Source: Setoptus koraiensis
Taxonomy: Eukaryota > Animalia > Arthropoda
Reading direction: 5' to 3'
Length of the DNA stretch: 63,868 bases
Assembly (NCBI GenBank): GCA_048013815.1
Contig: CM106586.1
Location: 14,074,001-14,137,868, forward strand
The position numbers were made by a program, and so were the translations under genes. The notes beneath the pieces were generated by a model, which saw nothing but the letters and a program-made list of their open reading frames with translations, ran no database searches and was not told the DNA's origin. Shown here in pieces: positions 27,405 to 41,200 of this stretch (its first letter is position 1; each line of letters opens with the position of its first letter).

Positions 27405-28342
27405 CGGTCGCTCCGCTTGGCGCCCGGTATTTTTCGGCGGCCCGCCAGCGAGCCAGCCGGCTTTCAATAGCGCGGCCGGCGGCACTTTACCGGCCGCTCG
27501 GATAGTGAAATTGCGATTGCGCTCACTAGGTGAACGTAATCAAGCTACTCACGACATACAGACCCAATGAGATCAGGCCAGACACATCGGGGCCCGACAC
27601 GCAGCCGCTAATCCAACCGTTGCAATGTATCCGCAAGCCACCCGGCGCAATATGCGACATTTTAACGGATTATAACTCTTATAGGATGAATTACCGGTAG
27701 CAGTTGCGCTCGCAAACAACAGTCGAGCTCAGTTGATTAGATGATTGACTGCTGGCCAGCTGCTAATATCCAATATGCTAACAAGCTTGCCAATGATATG
27801 TATTATATAATATCACAACAGCTGACTGGGTGGCGGATCTTGTTGGCTGGCTGTGAGTGGGCCAATGGGCAAATTAAATGTGGCCACTTTAACACGGCGA
27901 CAATGTACGCTGGCCATCGAGTGCGAGCCACTGCAAGAGTCGGGCCCCACTTGAACGACCGCCAATTCATTGATTGTTGATATAGTTGGCCGGCCCACCC
28001 GATAGTTTGCCGACAGTGCCCAGGGTACCGTCGCGAACTGCCCCGTCGCGGAGAGTGCCCCACTGCGGAGAGTGCCCCGCCGCAAAGAGTACCCAGGGGC
28101 AGAGATGCACCGGCGGCAGCGGCGCGGCTGCATCTCGGCGGCACGCAAAGATGGCCGGTTGTTCAATTAATTAGTAGTGAGAGGGGCGTTTGCTGTCCGT
28201 TCGCATTTGCTTACAATTGTTAGATCGGATCAGTTGTTGTCAGACGTTTGTGTTATTCGGTGGCTGTCGCGCGGGGCCAGCGAACAAGGAATAAATAAGG
28301 GGGGCACCAGACAATGCAAACGATGGATATAATGATAGTGAT

Positions 28343-28398
28343 ATTTACCTAAAATGACATGACAATAAAGAGGGGAAAGAGACGAAGAATAAGATTAG
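28343..28398 (-). other. Candidate recursive splice site (ratchet point), junction 28349/28348
   Basis: Minus strand: aaCTAATcttattcttcgtctctttcccctctttattgtcatgtcatttTAG|GTAAAT. Branch motif, about 45-nt AG-free pyrimidine tract, and an acceptor directly followed by a donor. Confidence 0.68.
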
Positions 28399-29055
28399 TT
28401 TGGCGTTCGCTGGCTTTGTTATTAGTTGAGTAATGCGAGTGGGCGAGGGCGCACGCCGTTCGTACGGGCGGCGGCGGCGACCATCGCGCAGTTTCAAGTA
28501 GATAAATACTGGAGATTAATTGGACACCCAAAGTATATATACACGCTATACACAGGCTTCTGTGTCCGTGCCTCGTGTCCATCGGATAAAGATGGACTCG
28601 CGCACACCGGCGCAAGATACACGCTGATATATAAACAAGTTATAAGTTACATAAGAGATCTCTCTCTCTCTCTATCCGTTTGCTCGCCGGCCGATCGCTT
28701 GTTTGTTTTGGGGCGCCCAAATCAGCGAGCGACGCACACAAAGAAATGATGGGATTATTCATTTTGGGGCGCCTATCTGGCTGCAGACGCGCGACACCTG
28801 GCGACAATCAGTGGGCGGCCGCGGACGGGCAATTTAGTCGCAGTCAGCTGGGGCCGGCCAATAATAAGTTGAGTATTATTAGGTGCATAACTGGCCGCTA
28901 GTGTGCGTGGCCAATAGTCGGCGCGCCCGCTGGTCGGCGCGCCCGTCCAGCCGGCCCAAATGAGCCGCCGCCAGCTCAACAGTACCCCAGGGCAGCCCGT
29001 CACATTAATGAAGGTGCCCCGAGCGGCGACACTCGATATCGGCCAGACGTGTCTC

Positions 29056-29068
29056 GTGTGTGCGTGTG

Positions 29069-29137
<69 letters not shown>

Positions 29138-29166
29138 GTGTGTGTGTGCGTGTGTGTGTGTGTGTG
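29056..29166. repeat. (TG)n microsatellite with CG interruptions
   Basis: Read directly. Confidence 0.95.
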
Positions 29167-31836
29167 GCGGGGGAAGCCTGTGCGTTCGCGGCAGAAGCTC
29201 AACGCAACCGACGAGCTTCTTCGCGAAGAGGCCCGCCAGTTCGCCGGCAAGGGGCCGCGCCAGAGCGGGCCCCGTTGGGTTTTAATGCTGCTGCAATGCG
29301 CCACCGACTGGCCCATTAAATGCGGCACACTTGAGATGTGTGTATTTGTGAGCGCGTTCGAGAAAACGCGAGGGCACCTAGGGGTGCGCGCATTGTGCTT
29401 GTGCCGGCGTGTCGCAGCGGCTCGCCGGCTCCTCGTGGTGCGTGCGCGTGCCACATACGCGCTACGTGGCAAACGTGCAGCCATATACCACACAAATAGA
29501 GCGCATAGAGCACATATACGCCATATACGCTCATATGCCGCATATATAGCACGCGCCAGTGTGGCCATATAGCACGCGGATACCGCGGACGCACATATAT
29601 TACGTAACGCGCGCGTTGCGAGGCGCTGTGGCACTTTCGTGTCGCTCTGGCTGGCAAGCGGCTCAGTTTATGGCAGCCGGTGGCTAGTTAGCCGCTGCCA
29701 TTGTGTGTCGGCGGCCAGGGGAGATGGGGCGAGATTAAGAACGCGCTCGCACAGGAGCAATGGGAGGCAATCAACAATCAAATTGAGTAGACAATAAACA
29801 AAGTAATTCACTTTCTTCTCCCCCTGGCTCCCTCATTGTGGGCCGGCCGCTCTCTCGTGGAGCGCGTGCTCGCATTCTTATCGCGCCTCGTCCGGTCGGT
29901 GCGGCCCGCCGAGCGGCTGTAATGGAGCGCCGATAGCGGCGAAATTTGACGCCCAACGGAGGCCGGCCGGCCGGCCGGCGAGTGCGCAGGCTGGGCGCCG
30001 GCAAAAAAGCAAAAGTGGCCAGACAGCGGCCGGCCGGGCCAGACAGCGGCCAGCCAGCGAGCGCCGATATGCCGCGAGATGAGATGGGACGGGGGGGACG
30101 GGGGGACGAGATGAAATGAGACGGGATGAGCCGAGATGAAACGAGATGAGACGAGATGAGACGAGACGAGATGAGATGAAATAAAATGAAATGAGGAGAC
30201 ATGAATGGATCGGGCCGCCAGTGTCGGGAGAATAATAATGAAGAGATCTCGGCCGCTCGCGCACTGGCGGCCCCACTGGCGGCCTCGCTGGCGGCCCCAC
30301 TGGCGGCCGGGCGAGCAAACACGGAGACGCCGTTCATATTACAACGAGCTCGCCGGTCGCCTGCATAACATGGGGGTAATTTCGGCAAGCTGGCTCGTTG
30401 TGGGGGCGCTGCGCGAGCCGGCGCCCAAAATGAGCCGGCGACTGGCGGCGGCAGGGCGCACGACAGCGCCCAAACAGATGACGCCGGCTCCGTCATGATT
30501 GCTGCACTGGAGACGTCAGCGGGCGCGCGTTGGGTTGCGGCCGCCTCTGTTAGTTGGGGCCTCTGTTAGTTGGGGCCGCCGTTAGAGCCGTCGGAGCCGG
30601 GCCGGGGCCGGCAGCGGAACGGTCGCCGGTGGCGCTGCCACTGTGCCGGCACTACAATAAGCCATAATAATAGAGCGCGCGTTGCGACGTTGCAAGATCA
30701 GCAAGAACGTGTAGGCATTAAATAGCAACAGAGGCAAACAGTTTGAATACAAAAACAGGGCGCCCAAATTGTTGGATCGAAAAGGGAATTTCAATTACGA
30801 CGGGCGCGCGCACACACAGTGGGATCGACAATGAGGCCAAGCAGAATTCTCTCAAGCGGACAAAGAATCGCTGGCTGGCTAGCCTGGTTCGCGTTGCCGG
30901 CTCACTGGCTGGCTGTTGTAACGAGCCGCGCCAGTTGCAAGCCATTTGGGCCGTTGGCGCGGCTCGCGCTTCGGCACAGCAGCGCCGGCAGCCCGCGCTG
31001 CGAGTTGCGGGCCGCCTCGGCCCGGCCGCGGCGGCTCTAACAGCGGCGGCCCGGCCCCGGCGACTCTAACAGCGGCGGCCCGGCCCGGAGCCACCCCCGC
31101 ACCCCCTGGTAGCGGGCGCGCGGCGCGGTGAAACACTCGGAGGCTGCGGAGGCGAGCGAGCGAAAACATTGCGTCGCCAGAGCCGGCGGGAGGAAGGGGC
31201 GCCTGGCAGCGACGACCAACATTGAATATAAATTATAGATTATTGCCGCCTCCAGCGAGATTGCGAGCGCAGCCACTCGCGATCTCCAATGACAATTCCG
31301 TTTGTGCTTCGGTTGCTGGTGGCGCGACTTGTTTTCGGCGGGCTCGCGTCGCGCGCCTCATCGCCGTCGAAGGCCGCCGAGCACGCCGAGCGCCACCGAA
31401 CGCGCCGAACGCGCCGAACGCGTCGAACGCGCAAAACGGATCCGATTCGCGGGCCACCGATCGCCGGCCGTCGAACGGGGGCGACCCGCAGCGATTCGAT
31501 CGCATCGCTGTGCAGTGACTAACTGCGTCGGCCCACGCAGCGAGCGGCCGGTGGGCGCGCCCGCTCGCCGCGGCCCGCCAGCGAGCGAACGCGCGCAGTC
31601 TAGACACACACAGCGGAGCGGACAGGGCGACTTTTTGCGTTTGTGTCAGCTGGCTGGCAAGTCGCCGGCACAACAGCTGATCGGGCACTGCAACCCTAGA
31701 TGTGTGTGGCCCTAATACGTATCCGAGCGCGTTGTGTGCGCCCCCATCGGACGCCGCTTCGCGTTAGCTTGGCTGGGACGCCGGCGCGCCGGCGTTGCGA
31801 GCGCCTCACCGACACAACGGCGCTCGCAGCCGAATA

Positions 31837-31955
31837 CCATTGCGTAATACTATTGCGTAACACTATTGCGTAATACTATTGCGTAACACTATTGCGTAAT
31901 ACTATTGCGTAATACTATTGTCTAATACTAGAGCGCAAACAGTATTACGCAATGG
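31837..31955. repeat. 13-bp tandem repeat TATTGCGTAA(T/C)AC, 6 copies plus 1 degenerate, closed by an inverted copy of the first unit
   Basis: CCATTGCGTAATAC (31837-31850) and GTATTACGCAATGG (31942-31955) are exact reverse complements. Confidence 0.92.
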
Positions 31956-34900
31956 GCGCTGGCGGCTAGGGGGCGCAAAATCTCGGCACACACACAATGT
32001 CACCGTGGACATCATAATAGACGCTTACGCGACTGCTAATCGAACCGCGCGCAAAACCAGCTCGACAGCCACTCTTGGGCGCCTCTGAAACGTCGTCCTT
32101 GAGCAGTGGCCATAATCGACTTGTGTTCCGTTGCTGGCCGCTGTGCGCTTGCACGGCCCCAATCCTCAGAGTCGCCCAAGTCCGAATTCGCCCCGCTTGC
32201 CGCCATGCGTCGCTGCTGGCCGGACAGAATTGTGGCCGCTGTGGGCCGGACAAAATTGCGGCCGCTGTGAGCCGTTTGCGCCGTCCGAGTTCGAATTGCA
32301 GCGACCGGGCCAGTCAGTGGCAGCGAATGCGATTAGATTCAGGGCCACAGGCGCACTCACGCCCACTGCCGGCTCCGACCGGCCCGCCATCAGCCGGCCC
32401 GGCAAATCGAACATGGCCCGTCATGCCTCGAGCCAGTGTCTTCGTTTGGCACCATGCTCGCTGGCCCGAATTGCGCCGAATGCGACAGACGCTATTCACA
32501 CCGAGACAATTGTCATTACGCAATCGTGTCGATATCGTATCGTCGACGATATCGAGCCGACGACGATATCGACTCGATGATATCGGCTCAATATGCGCCG
32601 GCCATAGAGATGGGCGCTTGCACCCCATACACCGACCCGGCTAGCCTGGCTAGACCATGCCGGCCAATTGAAGCTGCACATCGCGTGTGCCATTGCGCAG
32701 CTCGCGATACGGTATGTGCACGTTGCGTATTGCATCATTGCGAGACATTGTGCCAACAGCAACAATGTTCCGGCCTGAAATGTGCATTTGCAAGAACATG
32801 CGCACTGCGCGCCCCGCCGGGGGACCGCCCAGTTGCGCAAGCCGAGGATATTGGAGCGAACGGTATGAGTGGCTCTTTTGTGTGCGTCCTTCCTGAATCC
32901 CGGTTGAACTTGATTCCAGACTGGCGCGCCGCCGCCGCCGCCTGTGCTCGGTGTCGGCACAGCGCTGCAGCCCCGCGCAGTGCTGACGGGCCGGTGGGAG
33001 GGGGGGGGGCAGCTGAAAGCCGTGTAAATGGTGCAAAGAACGCACAAAGAAACAGCAGTGCGCCCAGCAGCCATTAGGCCCGCCATCAACTGGCAAGCTC
33101 GCAAGCGACTGGCAAGCTCGCTAGAGACTGGCGAGCTGGCCAGCGGGCTTACGCAATAGTGGGGGCCGCGCACGCTCAGTCGCTGGGGAGTCGCAAGCGC
33201 GGAAATAAGTACGTATATGTGCTGTACCGTTAGCGCGGGCCTTGCCAAGGCGCCGGGCCCGATCAGCTGGCGCCGTACGCGGAAGGAACAGCGAGCGAGC
33301 GAGCGAGCGGCGTGGCAAGCCATTAAGAGGCGCACATGCGCATCAAATATCACCGGAAGGCACAGTAATGGGAACACGTAATGGGCTAGATGACAGGCCA
33401 CCTGGGCCTGCCCCGCGTGCTGGCTTGCCGCTGTGTGCGTGCTGCGCCACGCTGCCGGCTGCATATCCGGCAACGTGCCGCGCGCACAGTCGACAATTCT
33501 GTGCGGCTCGTTTGTGGCGCCGCCGAGACGCGTACTATAAGTTGCGCGTGCCGCGTGCCTCGCCAACAATGTTATGTAATGTTGATTAATGTTGGGCTGG
33601 CGCAAGTCGCCAGTCGGACACAATAAGCGCAAATACATGGCACAATTTGTATATTAATCCAGTGCGTGGCCGCTAGGCGCACAAGCGCCGCGTTGGACTG
33701 GACATTTTTACAGCGAAATTTTCCGCTTTGTTGTGAGTGAGCTCGCTGGCGCTCATTTGCATGAGCGGTGGAATTCATTATTATTATTACAATATAGCAG
33801 TCACGTTGTCGACAAAACCATTGGCCGGGCGGCCCAGCGGCGATATTCGCAGCGCCGCCGCTGTAATTACCGACAGAAGCGACAGTATCGTTCGCGGAAA
33901 TTACTGCGGCCAGTGGCCGATTTGGGCACAAAAAACGCATTAGACGACGGCGGCGGCACTTATGCCGGTCGAGCGCGTCGCCCGATGCCAAGTCCACGCG
34001 AGTCTCGGCAATCCGAGGCATGACTCATTCGCGTCGGAACAGCACAAATCGGAGCGGTCATCGGTGGCGCCGTATCAAGTGCCGGCCTATCGGTCAGCCG
34101 TCGATTGCCGATACTTGTAAAACTCAATAGCGAGCCACCGATGAACGAATGAATAAGTAGTGCTGCCAGTTCGGTCGGACACTAGAGTCACTTCAGGTCG
34201 GCCGCTGAAGTGACCCGTCCGGCCGCTGACGCAAATGACGCAATGGGTGCCAGTTGCGCCCATCGCTAATGACCGAATGGGTGATGAACAAGACCACTCA
34301 TTAATCACTAATTCAAATTATAATTAATGCTGATGCCATTGCACGACGACAACAACAGCGGCATCAACAGCGGCAACAGCAACAACAGCAGCAACAACAA
34401 CAGCAACAACAACAGCAACAACAGCATCAGCGGCAAACAGCTGTGCGGTTGGCGGCCAGGCGAGCGCTGCCCACGCCTCGCCGCGGGTACACCGCGGGAC
34501 GCTGACGCGCGGAGCGCTAATCGGGCTGCTTATCATTTGCATTATCGGGCGACAACAGGCCAGCTGACGGGTGGCGGCTTTGTTGTCGGTGGCTGCTGTC
34601 GGTGCCGGCCGGCCGGCCGGCCGGCGCCGCCGTGGCTGCGGCTGGCGAGATGTTTGTTTTTAAGATAAGGCACGAGAAGAAAGAACGCTCTAATGGCGAG
34701 CGAAGCGTTCTTTTATTCTCACACTCACACACTTGTTTGGGCCTGTCGAGCTCGGTGCACTACCGGCTTGTGTTTGCTGGCCGGCCCGGCCGGCTGTTGT
34801 TGTTGTTGTCGTTGTTGTTGTTGTCGTTGTTGTGGCTGCTGTTGTTGCTGGCGTTGTTGTTGCTGGCGTTGTGCCGAAAGTGTGTTAGCGACAGCGCAAC

Positions 34901-35445
34901 CATCATACTTATTATGCTGCCGTTATCATCTTTCATTGTTCATTGTGCGCCAGACACACACCAATATCGCACCGACACACAAACCAGTATCGCACCAACA
35001 CACATACACACACACACGCACGCAAGGCCCTGAACCGGAAGTGATAGCTAACACTTCTTTCTCGGCTGGTGATTGATAGAGATGTTTGGTTCAATCAACA
35101 TTTGGCCCGCGCCGGACAATGCGCGCACACAATATATTGCAAGTGCACCAAATATATCTGCTGCCGATGCACAACACCGCGTTACGTAATGAGACCGGGG
35201 CTCGCCGTTTGTTTGTCTGCCGGCCGGCACAATCTTAACAGGCCAGCGGCGCTTAAATGGTGAGTCGTATAAATTGTTGTTGTTGTTGTTGCTGCTGCAC
35301 AACAACGGTTGTGCAGCGGTCGATCGCTTGGTGCCGGGCCAATGACGGGGCCGCGGCGGGTCCCGTCGTTGCGCGCATCGACACACCAACTTGACGACCG
35401 ACTGAATTGAAATGGATGCTGTCTGTCAGACACACAAAACACACG

Positions 35446-35472
35446 GCTCACCTGCCAAATTGTTTGCGTTAG
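35446..35472 (-). other. Weaker candidate recursive splice site, junction 35452/35451
   Basis: ggCTAACgcaaacaatttggCAG|GTGAGC. The branch point is only about 17 nt upstream and the pyrimidine tract is minimal. Confidence 0.3.
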
Positions 35473-38211
35473 CCGCGCAATACCCATCTCACCCATCTGG
35501 CTAAATAACTGCCAAGCGCCCGGGCAATAACTCTCCGGCGCGGGCGACAACAACAGCCGCTCCGACAGCCGCTCCAGCGCCGGCCCGCTCCGACGGCGGC
35601 CCGATTTGAGGGGCGCGCGCACTAGCGCGCAGGAGTGTCGGCGAAAAATAAATCAACTGTTGTAATGGGGCGCGCCACTATCTTGGCAACTGTCTCTGAT
35701 TAACGTCTCGACGGGGGCCGGCAGCAACGGCAACAGCAACAACAAGACGCCGGCTCGCGCGGAGATAACATCAACATTCGATTTACAGCCGATAGAGGGG
35801 CGCTTGAGGGCGCCATTGCGCGCCCAGATCAATCTATTACCGCCCCACTGACAGTATGAATACCCGTTGGCCGCTCGCTCGCTTTTAGCGACATGATTGC
35901 GGGGTGATTGATTCGATATATATCGTATACCACTGCCATTATACTGGCGCGCGGCTAGTAATTTAAATAGGCCAGATTAGATTTTTGCTGGCGGGCTGTC
36001 GGGCCGGCGGGCCGGTCGACCGGCTGGCTGCGGCAACCGGCGACAGGCGGCCGCCGTGGCGAGATAGCGACCCCCGGCAACGCGCCATTAATAAGCGCCC
36101 GCCAAATAAATCTAGCGGGGCCGGCCCGAGATCTTTTGCAAATGATACGCCGCCGGGGCGCCGTCATCAAGTGCGCTCACTCACTGCGCCTCAGTGTCCG
36201 TGGGACTGGGCCTCACACTGCAAGTGCCTAGTGGGCCCGCTGCAACCGGCGAGCCGGCCGGCGCCCCCCAACGGATAGCGCAGGCATTGCATAACTGACA
36301 AAACGGAAATGATGCGCCAGTTTGACATTTTATCTTTCATGCCGCTCACTGTGTTTGTGTTGCACTGTCAATTATTGTCACGCCGGCTCGCCGCGGTCGA
36401 GAGCCCGCCCGGCGGCCCGGTCAGCCAGACACGGGCGGGTGCGCGGTCTTGTTAGCCAATTCAATTACATTTGCTTGTGTGTGTCGATTTGATTTGGGCG
36501 CCTCGGCGCCCGGCGCCCGTTCGAGTGGCCCCCGAACGGGATTGATTCGAATCGATTGCGCGCCGCTCGGCTCAACTCGAATCAAATCAATCGCTTTGTG
36601 GCGGCTCAGCGAGGCACGCGCGCCCCCAATTGCAGTGAAACGGAGCGACTAGGAGGGGATTTTTCAATTTCGAGCCGCCAGCCAAATGTGTGCGGATATA
36701 CGCGCCAATACCCGACATACGTAAGTGTCTGGCCGGCCGAGTGACGCGCCGGGCGCATTCCATTCGGGGGCCAGCCAGGGCGCGCGTTTGAGCGCACAGC
36801 TAAACGCGCCAGAGCCGTCCGGAGCAACAATAATAATCTCATTTATTTTTGGCCCGGCGAAGGCCGACCAACGGCGTTTTATAAATATATTATTGCTCTG
36901 GCTGTTGTTGTTGTTGCTGCTGTCGGCCCGCTCGCCGCTGCTAGCGCCGCCTAGGCCGCCCCTCGGTCGAGCTCGGTCTCGCCAATAACTGACTGGCGCA
37001 ATATGGCGCCGCATCATAGATGATATTTATCACTTTGCGCGCTGTGGGCCGCTTATTAGAAAGTCAAGTGAATATCATCTCATATAACACTAGCGCGCGC
37101 GCAAACATATTATCTAACATTTATAATAATATGATGCCGCTCGGCCCGCGCACACTCCGGCCCCTTTGTGCGCCGGCCCGGCCGCCATAATGAGGCCCGG
37201 ACGGGGCCCAGTGGCACAGCGGCACACAATGCGTTTGACGTGCCGGCTGGCCGGCTCTGGCGACGCGATAACGGTGCCGCCGGGCCGGGCCGCACCGCGC
37301 CGCATAATGGAGCCGGCACAGTTATTGTTGTTGGCGCTGTTGTTGCCAGATTACAGTTGGACTCTCTTTTTTGAGCAATCATTTCAGGCGAGGACACACC
37401 ACAACTGTCGGCCGCGAATCATTTTCGCCCGCCGCGCTAGCCGAGCGCTCGGTCCAATACGCCGGCGGATGCCCGGGCGAACGCGCTGACGGATACTGGT
37501 GCGAACGCGCTGGCGCACGGGTTCGGTCCGGAGCGAAGCAGCGCGCCGCTGAGCCACGGATGACAAAATAGTGGCGCCCGCGAATCACCGCGCGCCCAAT
37601 GACTTCCATTTGCCCCCATCATAACGCCCCATTGCTGTCGCTATATTTGTGCCCGTCGCATGTCGTTAATGCCGCTCCAATGGCATTGAATTCGAATGGC
37701 GCGCGGGCCGGCGCGGCCACATACACCGCGTGTGCCGGCCCACGCAGGCCGACCAAGCCCGAAGGCAGCCGATGGAGGCCGATAGAGGCCGGCGGAGGCC
37801 GGCGGAAGCGGCCCGCGCACGGGCCGGCGACGATCGCGGCCGCGCATATATTCTTTCTGCTCGGTTTGGCAGCGCTGATGATGATTGCCATAAGCTGATA
37901 AACAGAGAACATGATGGCGATAGGAAGAAGCGATTAATTTCGGTGCCCGCTCCCTCTCGCGGGCGCTCGCTTCTATTATTTGGCTTCCCAATAGACTGAT
38001 CTCACATGAGATGGCGATCGCGCCGGCGCCCGCCCGCCCGCCGATACCAACAGCCGCAACGCAAATGGCAACAACAGCGCCACCGCTGCTCACAGCGGCG
38101 CCTCGGGATCTAACGGGATAATGTGATAACCCCAATTGAGCCCGCTCCTCTGGCTACTGCACAGATTCCAATTGGATTCGGAATGGATTTGCTGGAATTC
38201 GCAGAGCGTAC

Positions 38212-38213
<2 letters not shown>

Positions 38214-38284
<71 letters not shown>
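38214..38284. repeat. Perfect (TG)n microsatellite, about 35 units
   Basis: Read directly. Confidence 0.97.
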
Positions 38285-38286
<2 letters not shown>

Positions 38287-41200
38287 CCATAAAGTAAAGT
38301 GCACATATGCGGCAGCCATTTGTATCGGCGGCGGTGGCGGCGACGGTGCAAGTGCACGGCCAAGTGCATGTATTTATAGCGACAATAACAACAACAATGC
38401 CGCCCGACAAACACCGCCGAGGATATAGGCGGCGCTCCCATAGGCGTCGGCGAGCCTCCCACAAGCCCGGCCGGGCGGCATCATGGGGGCCGCGACGGGC
38501 CGCGGCCATTATTATGGCGGTTATTATGTGTTATTAATGCAGCGAGCGGCCCGCTGCCCCTTTTGGAAAGCGCGCGCCGGAAATTGCCGGCCTAGGTGTG
38601 CCTCATTAGCTGCACTCTAGACTCTAGGAGTCGCTCGCTGGTGGCGCTCTCAGGAGGACACTTGGCCCCAACAGCTGAGCGGCGCCAGCAAGGAGAGTCG
38701 GCTGGCCAGACAGTCAGTTGCCGGCGTTTGACGCCAGGATGTGGCGCCAAACAGCGGCACGGATTTTCGGCCGGCAATCAAACGATTCCAACCGGCCCCA
38801 ATAATGCGGTCGCCCACACACACGCACACACACACACACGCAGACGAGGGCATGAAATTAAATAAATAAATAAGTGAGGAGAGTGTTGGACAAACAGCTA
38901 GCCGCTTCTGTATTGCATAATAGCAATAGTAATAATAATAATAATAATAATAACGCGCCATGATGCAGCGATCGCTGCAGCCCCGCCGCAACCGACAAAA
39001 TGGGGCCCCGGCGAGAATGGGGCCCATTTTCGCTGGGCCGCTTTGAGTTACCAGCTGAGCGCTCGGTTGGCAGTGACTGAAAGGGGCGCTGGAGGCAGCG
39101 AGCCTGCGCGCCGCCTGGCCCCCAGCGCACGGCGCGTCAAACCGCGCGCATACCCAGACCGGCGACGCGATCAGCTGAGCGCATTAAAGGGGCCCCGGTG
39201 TGTTGATGGGTTGCCCCTGGCGACGCAAACTCATCATGAGGGCCAAGCGCATATACGCGCAGCGGTGTCTAGACGCCGGCGCGACTGCACTGCAATGATT
39301 GCGTGATGGCTGGCCGGCCGATTGTCTGGCTAGCTCGGCATGGCGTGTAACATGATTGGGGCCGCCAGCCGTTGCACGATGGGGCCCCGTGTGGCCGAAT
39401 GAAGAGAATCCAAAAGCGGGCCAGACGGCAGACAGAGCGCAGACACACAAGCGCGCAGATTGGGGCCCGGCGCGGGTTTGTCCGCGCCAGCGGCCGCTAG
39501 CTGGCCAGCGGCGACCTTGAGCAACATCTCTCTGGCCGATAACGCCGATAACGCCGATTGCATTGCAGCGCCCGTCAGTTGGGCGCACTACGCTGGCCCT
39601 ATCGCGCCGGTTGTTGCCGAATGGGGGCCCGTGAAAACGAATGGTCGCGGCCGGCGACATGTCGAGCGCATCGGTGAATGGGCATTGCGGTTGGCCAATT
39701 TGGCGCCGGCAATGTCGTCTCGAAACGCGCTCCGCTCGGAGCAGCGTCGCGGTCGGAGCAGCGGTGCGGTCGGTTTATTGTCGCGGCCGCAGCGGTGGCG
39801 CGGTCGAGTGTGGGCCGAGCGAGAGCGCCGCCCGGCCGGCAGTCGCTGGCCGCAAAGGCCGCCGTCCGACGACATGTTGTGCCGAGACGATGATCGACAG
39901 CGCCTCTGCGATTGGCGATTGGCGATTGCGAGCGCCGGCCCGACGGAGCCGCGCGAGCGAGCGCCGCTGGCCGGACAGTGTTGCGCAAGAGCATATTTCG
40001 AGCTCTTTGTGTCGCTGTGGGCTGCGTCCAGTCGGCTGTTTCGTCGACGATTGTCGAGCGCTCGACACATGAGTCGGTGTGACGTAGGCTGCCAGCGCGA
40101 CCTGGCAAATCAACGCCGGGCAATTTTCGCCGGCCGTACCCGTCGGCCGAGCGACCGTCTGGCCGTTGGCAGCGTCGGCTTGACCGCTTGTGTCCGGCAC
40201 AGGCCGGCATTTTGAATGACGTGCGTCGTCAGAAGGGCCGGCCCGGCCAAGACTGCGGCCGGCGCTTGTTGTTGGCCGCGACGCTGGCCGGATCAACCGC
40301 TCGCCGGGATAAAAAGAGAGGGAGAGAGTTATAATTATCGATTACTGTTGCTCGCCCGGCCTGAATCAATATTTGCACTGCCGGCCAAGTGGGCCAACAA
40401 CAGCCGACGGCCCGACAGTCGGACAGCCCGACAAGCCGACGACAGGCGCACAACGGCGGCCGCCCGACGCAGATCAGCTGGCCGGCACGATCTGGCAGCT
40501 CGAGAGAGCTGGCAGCGGCGGCCAATTGGCCCTCTATTAGTCGCACTGGCCAAATGGCCAGTCCCTTTGTCGCTGGCTGTGTCGCTGTCCGGCGCTGACC
40601 GGCGCTGTTGACGGGCGAGCAAGTCTTTATTTGGCCCATCATGTCCCCGTCTGGCCGTCTGGCCGTCTGGCTGGCAGCGGACAAGAATCGATCATGACTG
40701 TCGTCTGGCGTTGTTGTTGGCGTTGTTGTTGGCGTTGTTGTTGCTGCTGTTGTTGCTGCTGTTGTTGTTGCTGTCGTTGCTGTCGTTGCTGTCGTTGTTG
40801 TTGGCGTTGTTGGCGTTGTTGGCGTTGTTGTTGGCGTTGTTGTTGGCGTTGTTGTTGCTGTTGCTGGCGCTGCTGTCGTCGGCGAGCCACGGCCAGACTT
40901 TGCACAACAATAACAACATTTTTGCTTGGCCTGTTGTCAGCTTTGGCTGTCCGGCTGTCGCTTGCCGCTCGCACTCCAAACAACTGGCAGCAAAGAGCCG
41001 CGCTTAGCCGGCACCGACCGTGCGGCAAAATTAGAGATAGCAGGTGGGCGTGTGCGGCGGCCGCAACCCGGACTGGCGCGGTTGTCGCCAGTGTCGGCGG
41101 TCGCCGGCCAACAACGAGCAAATAATATCGCCTTCTGTTCCTGCCGGCGGCACAGCCGGCGCACAGAGTGTCGGTGGCGCTTCCGAAGCAACGTCGAAAC

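Noticed and set aside
32496-33638. 380-aa minus-strand ORF, and the many 60-270 aa ORFs in 1-50 kb
   Set aside because: No domain signatures, overlapping ORFs in several frames, and amino-acid content dictated by microsatellites and CCGG-rich DNA.
38354-38368. CTWPC as the missing Glut4EF zinc finger
   Set aside because: Wrong spacing (needs C-x4-C), no His pair, and it runs into the (TG)n repeat.
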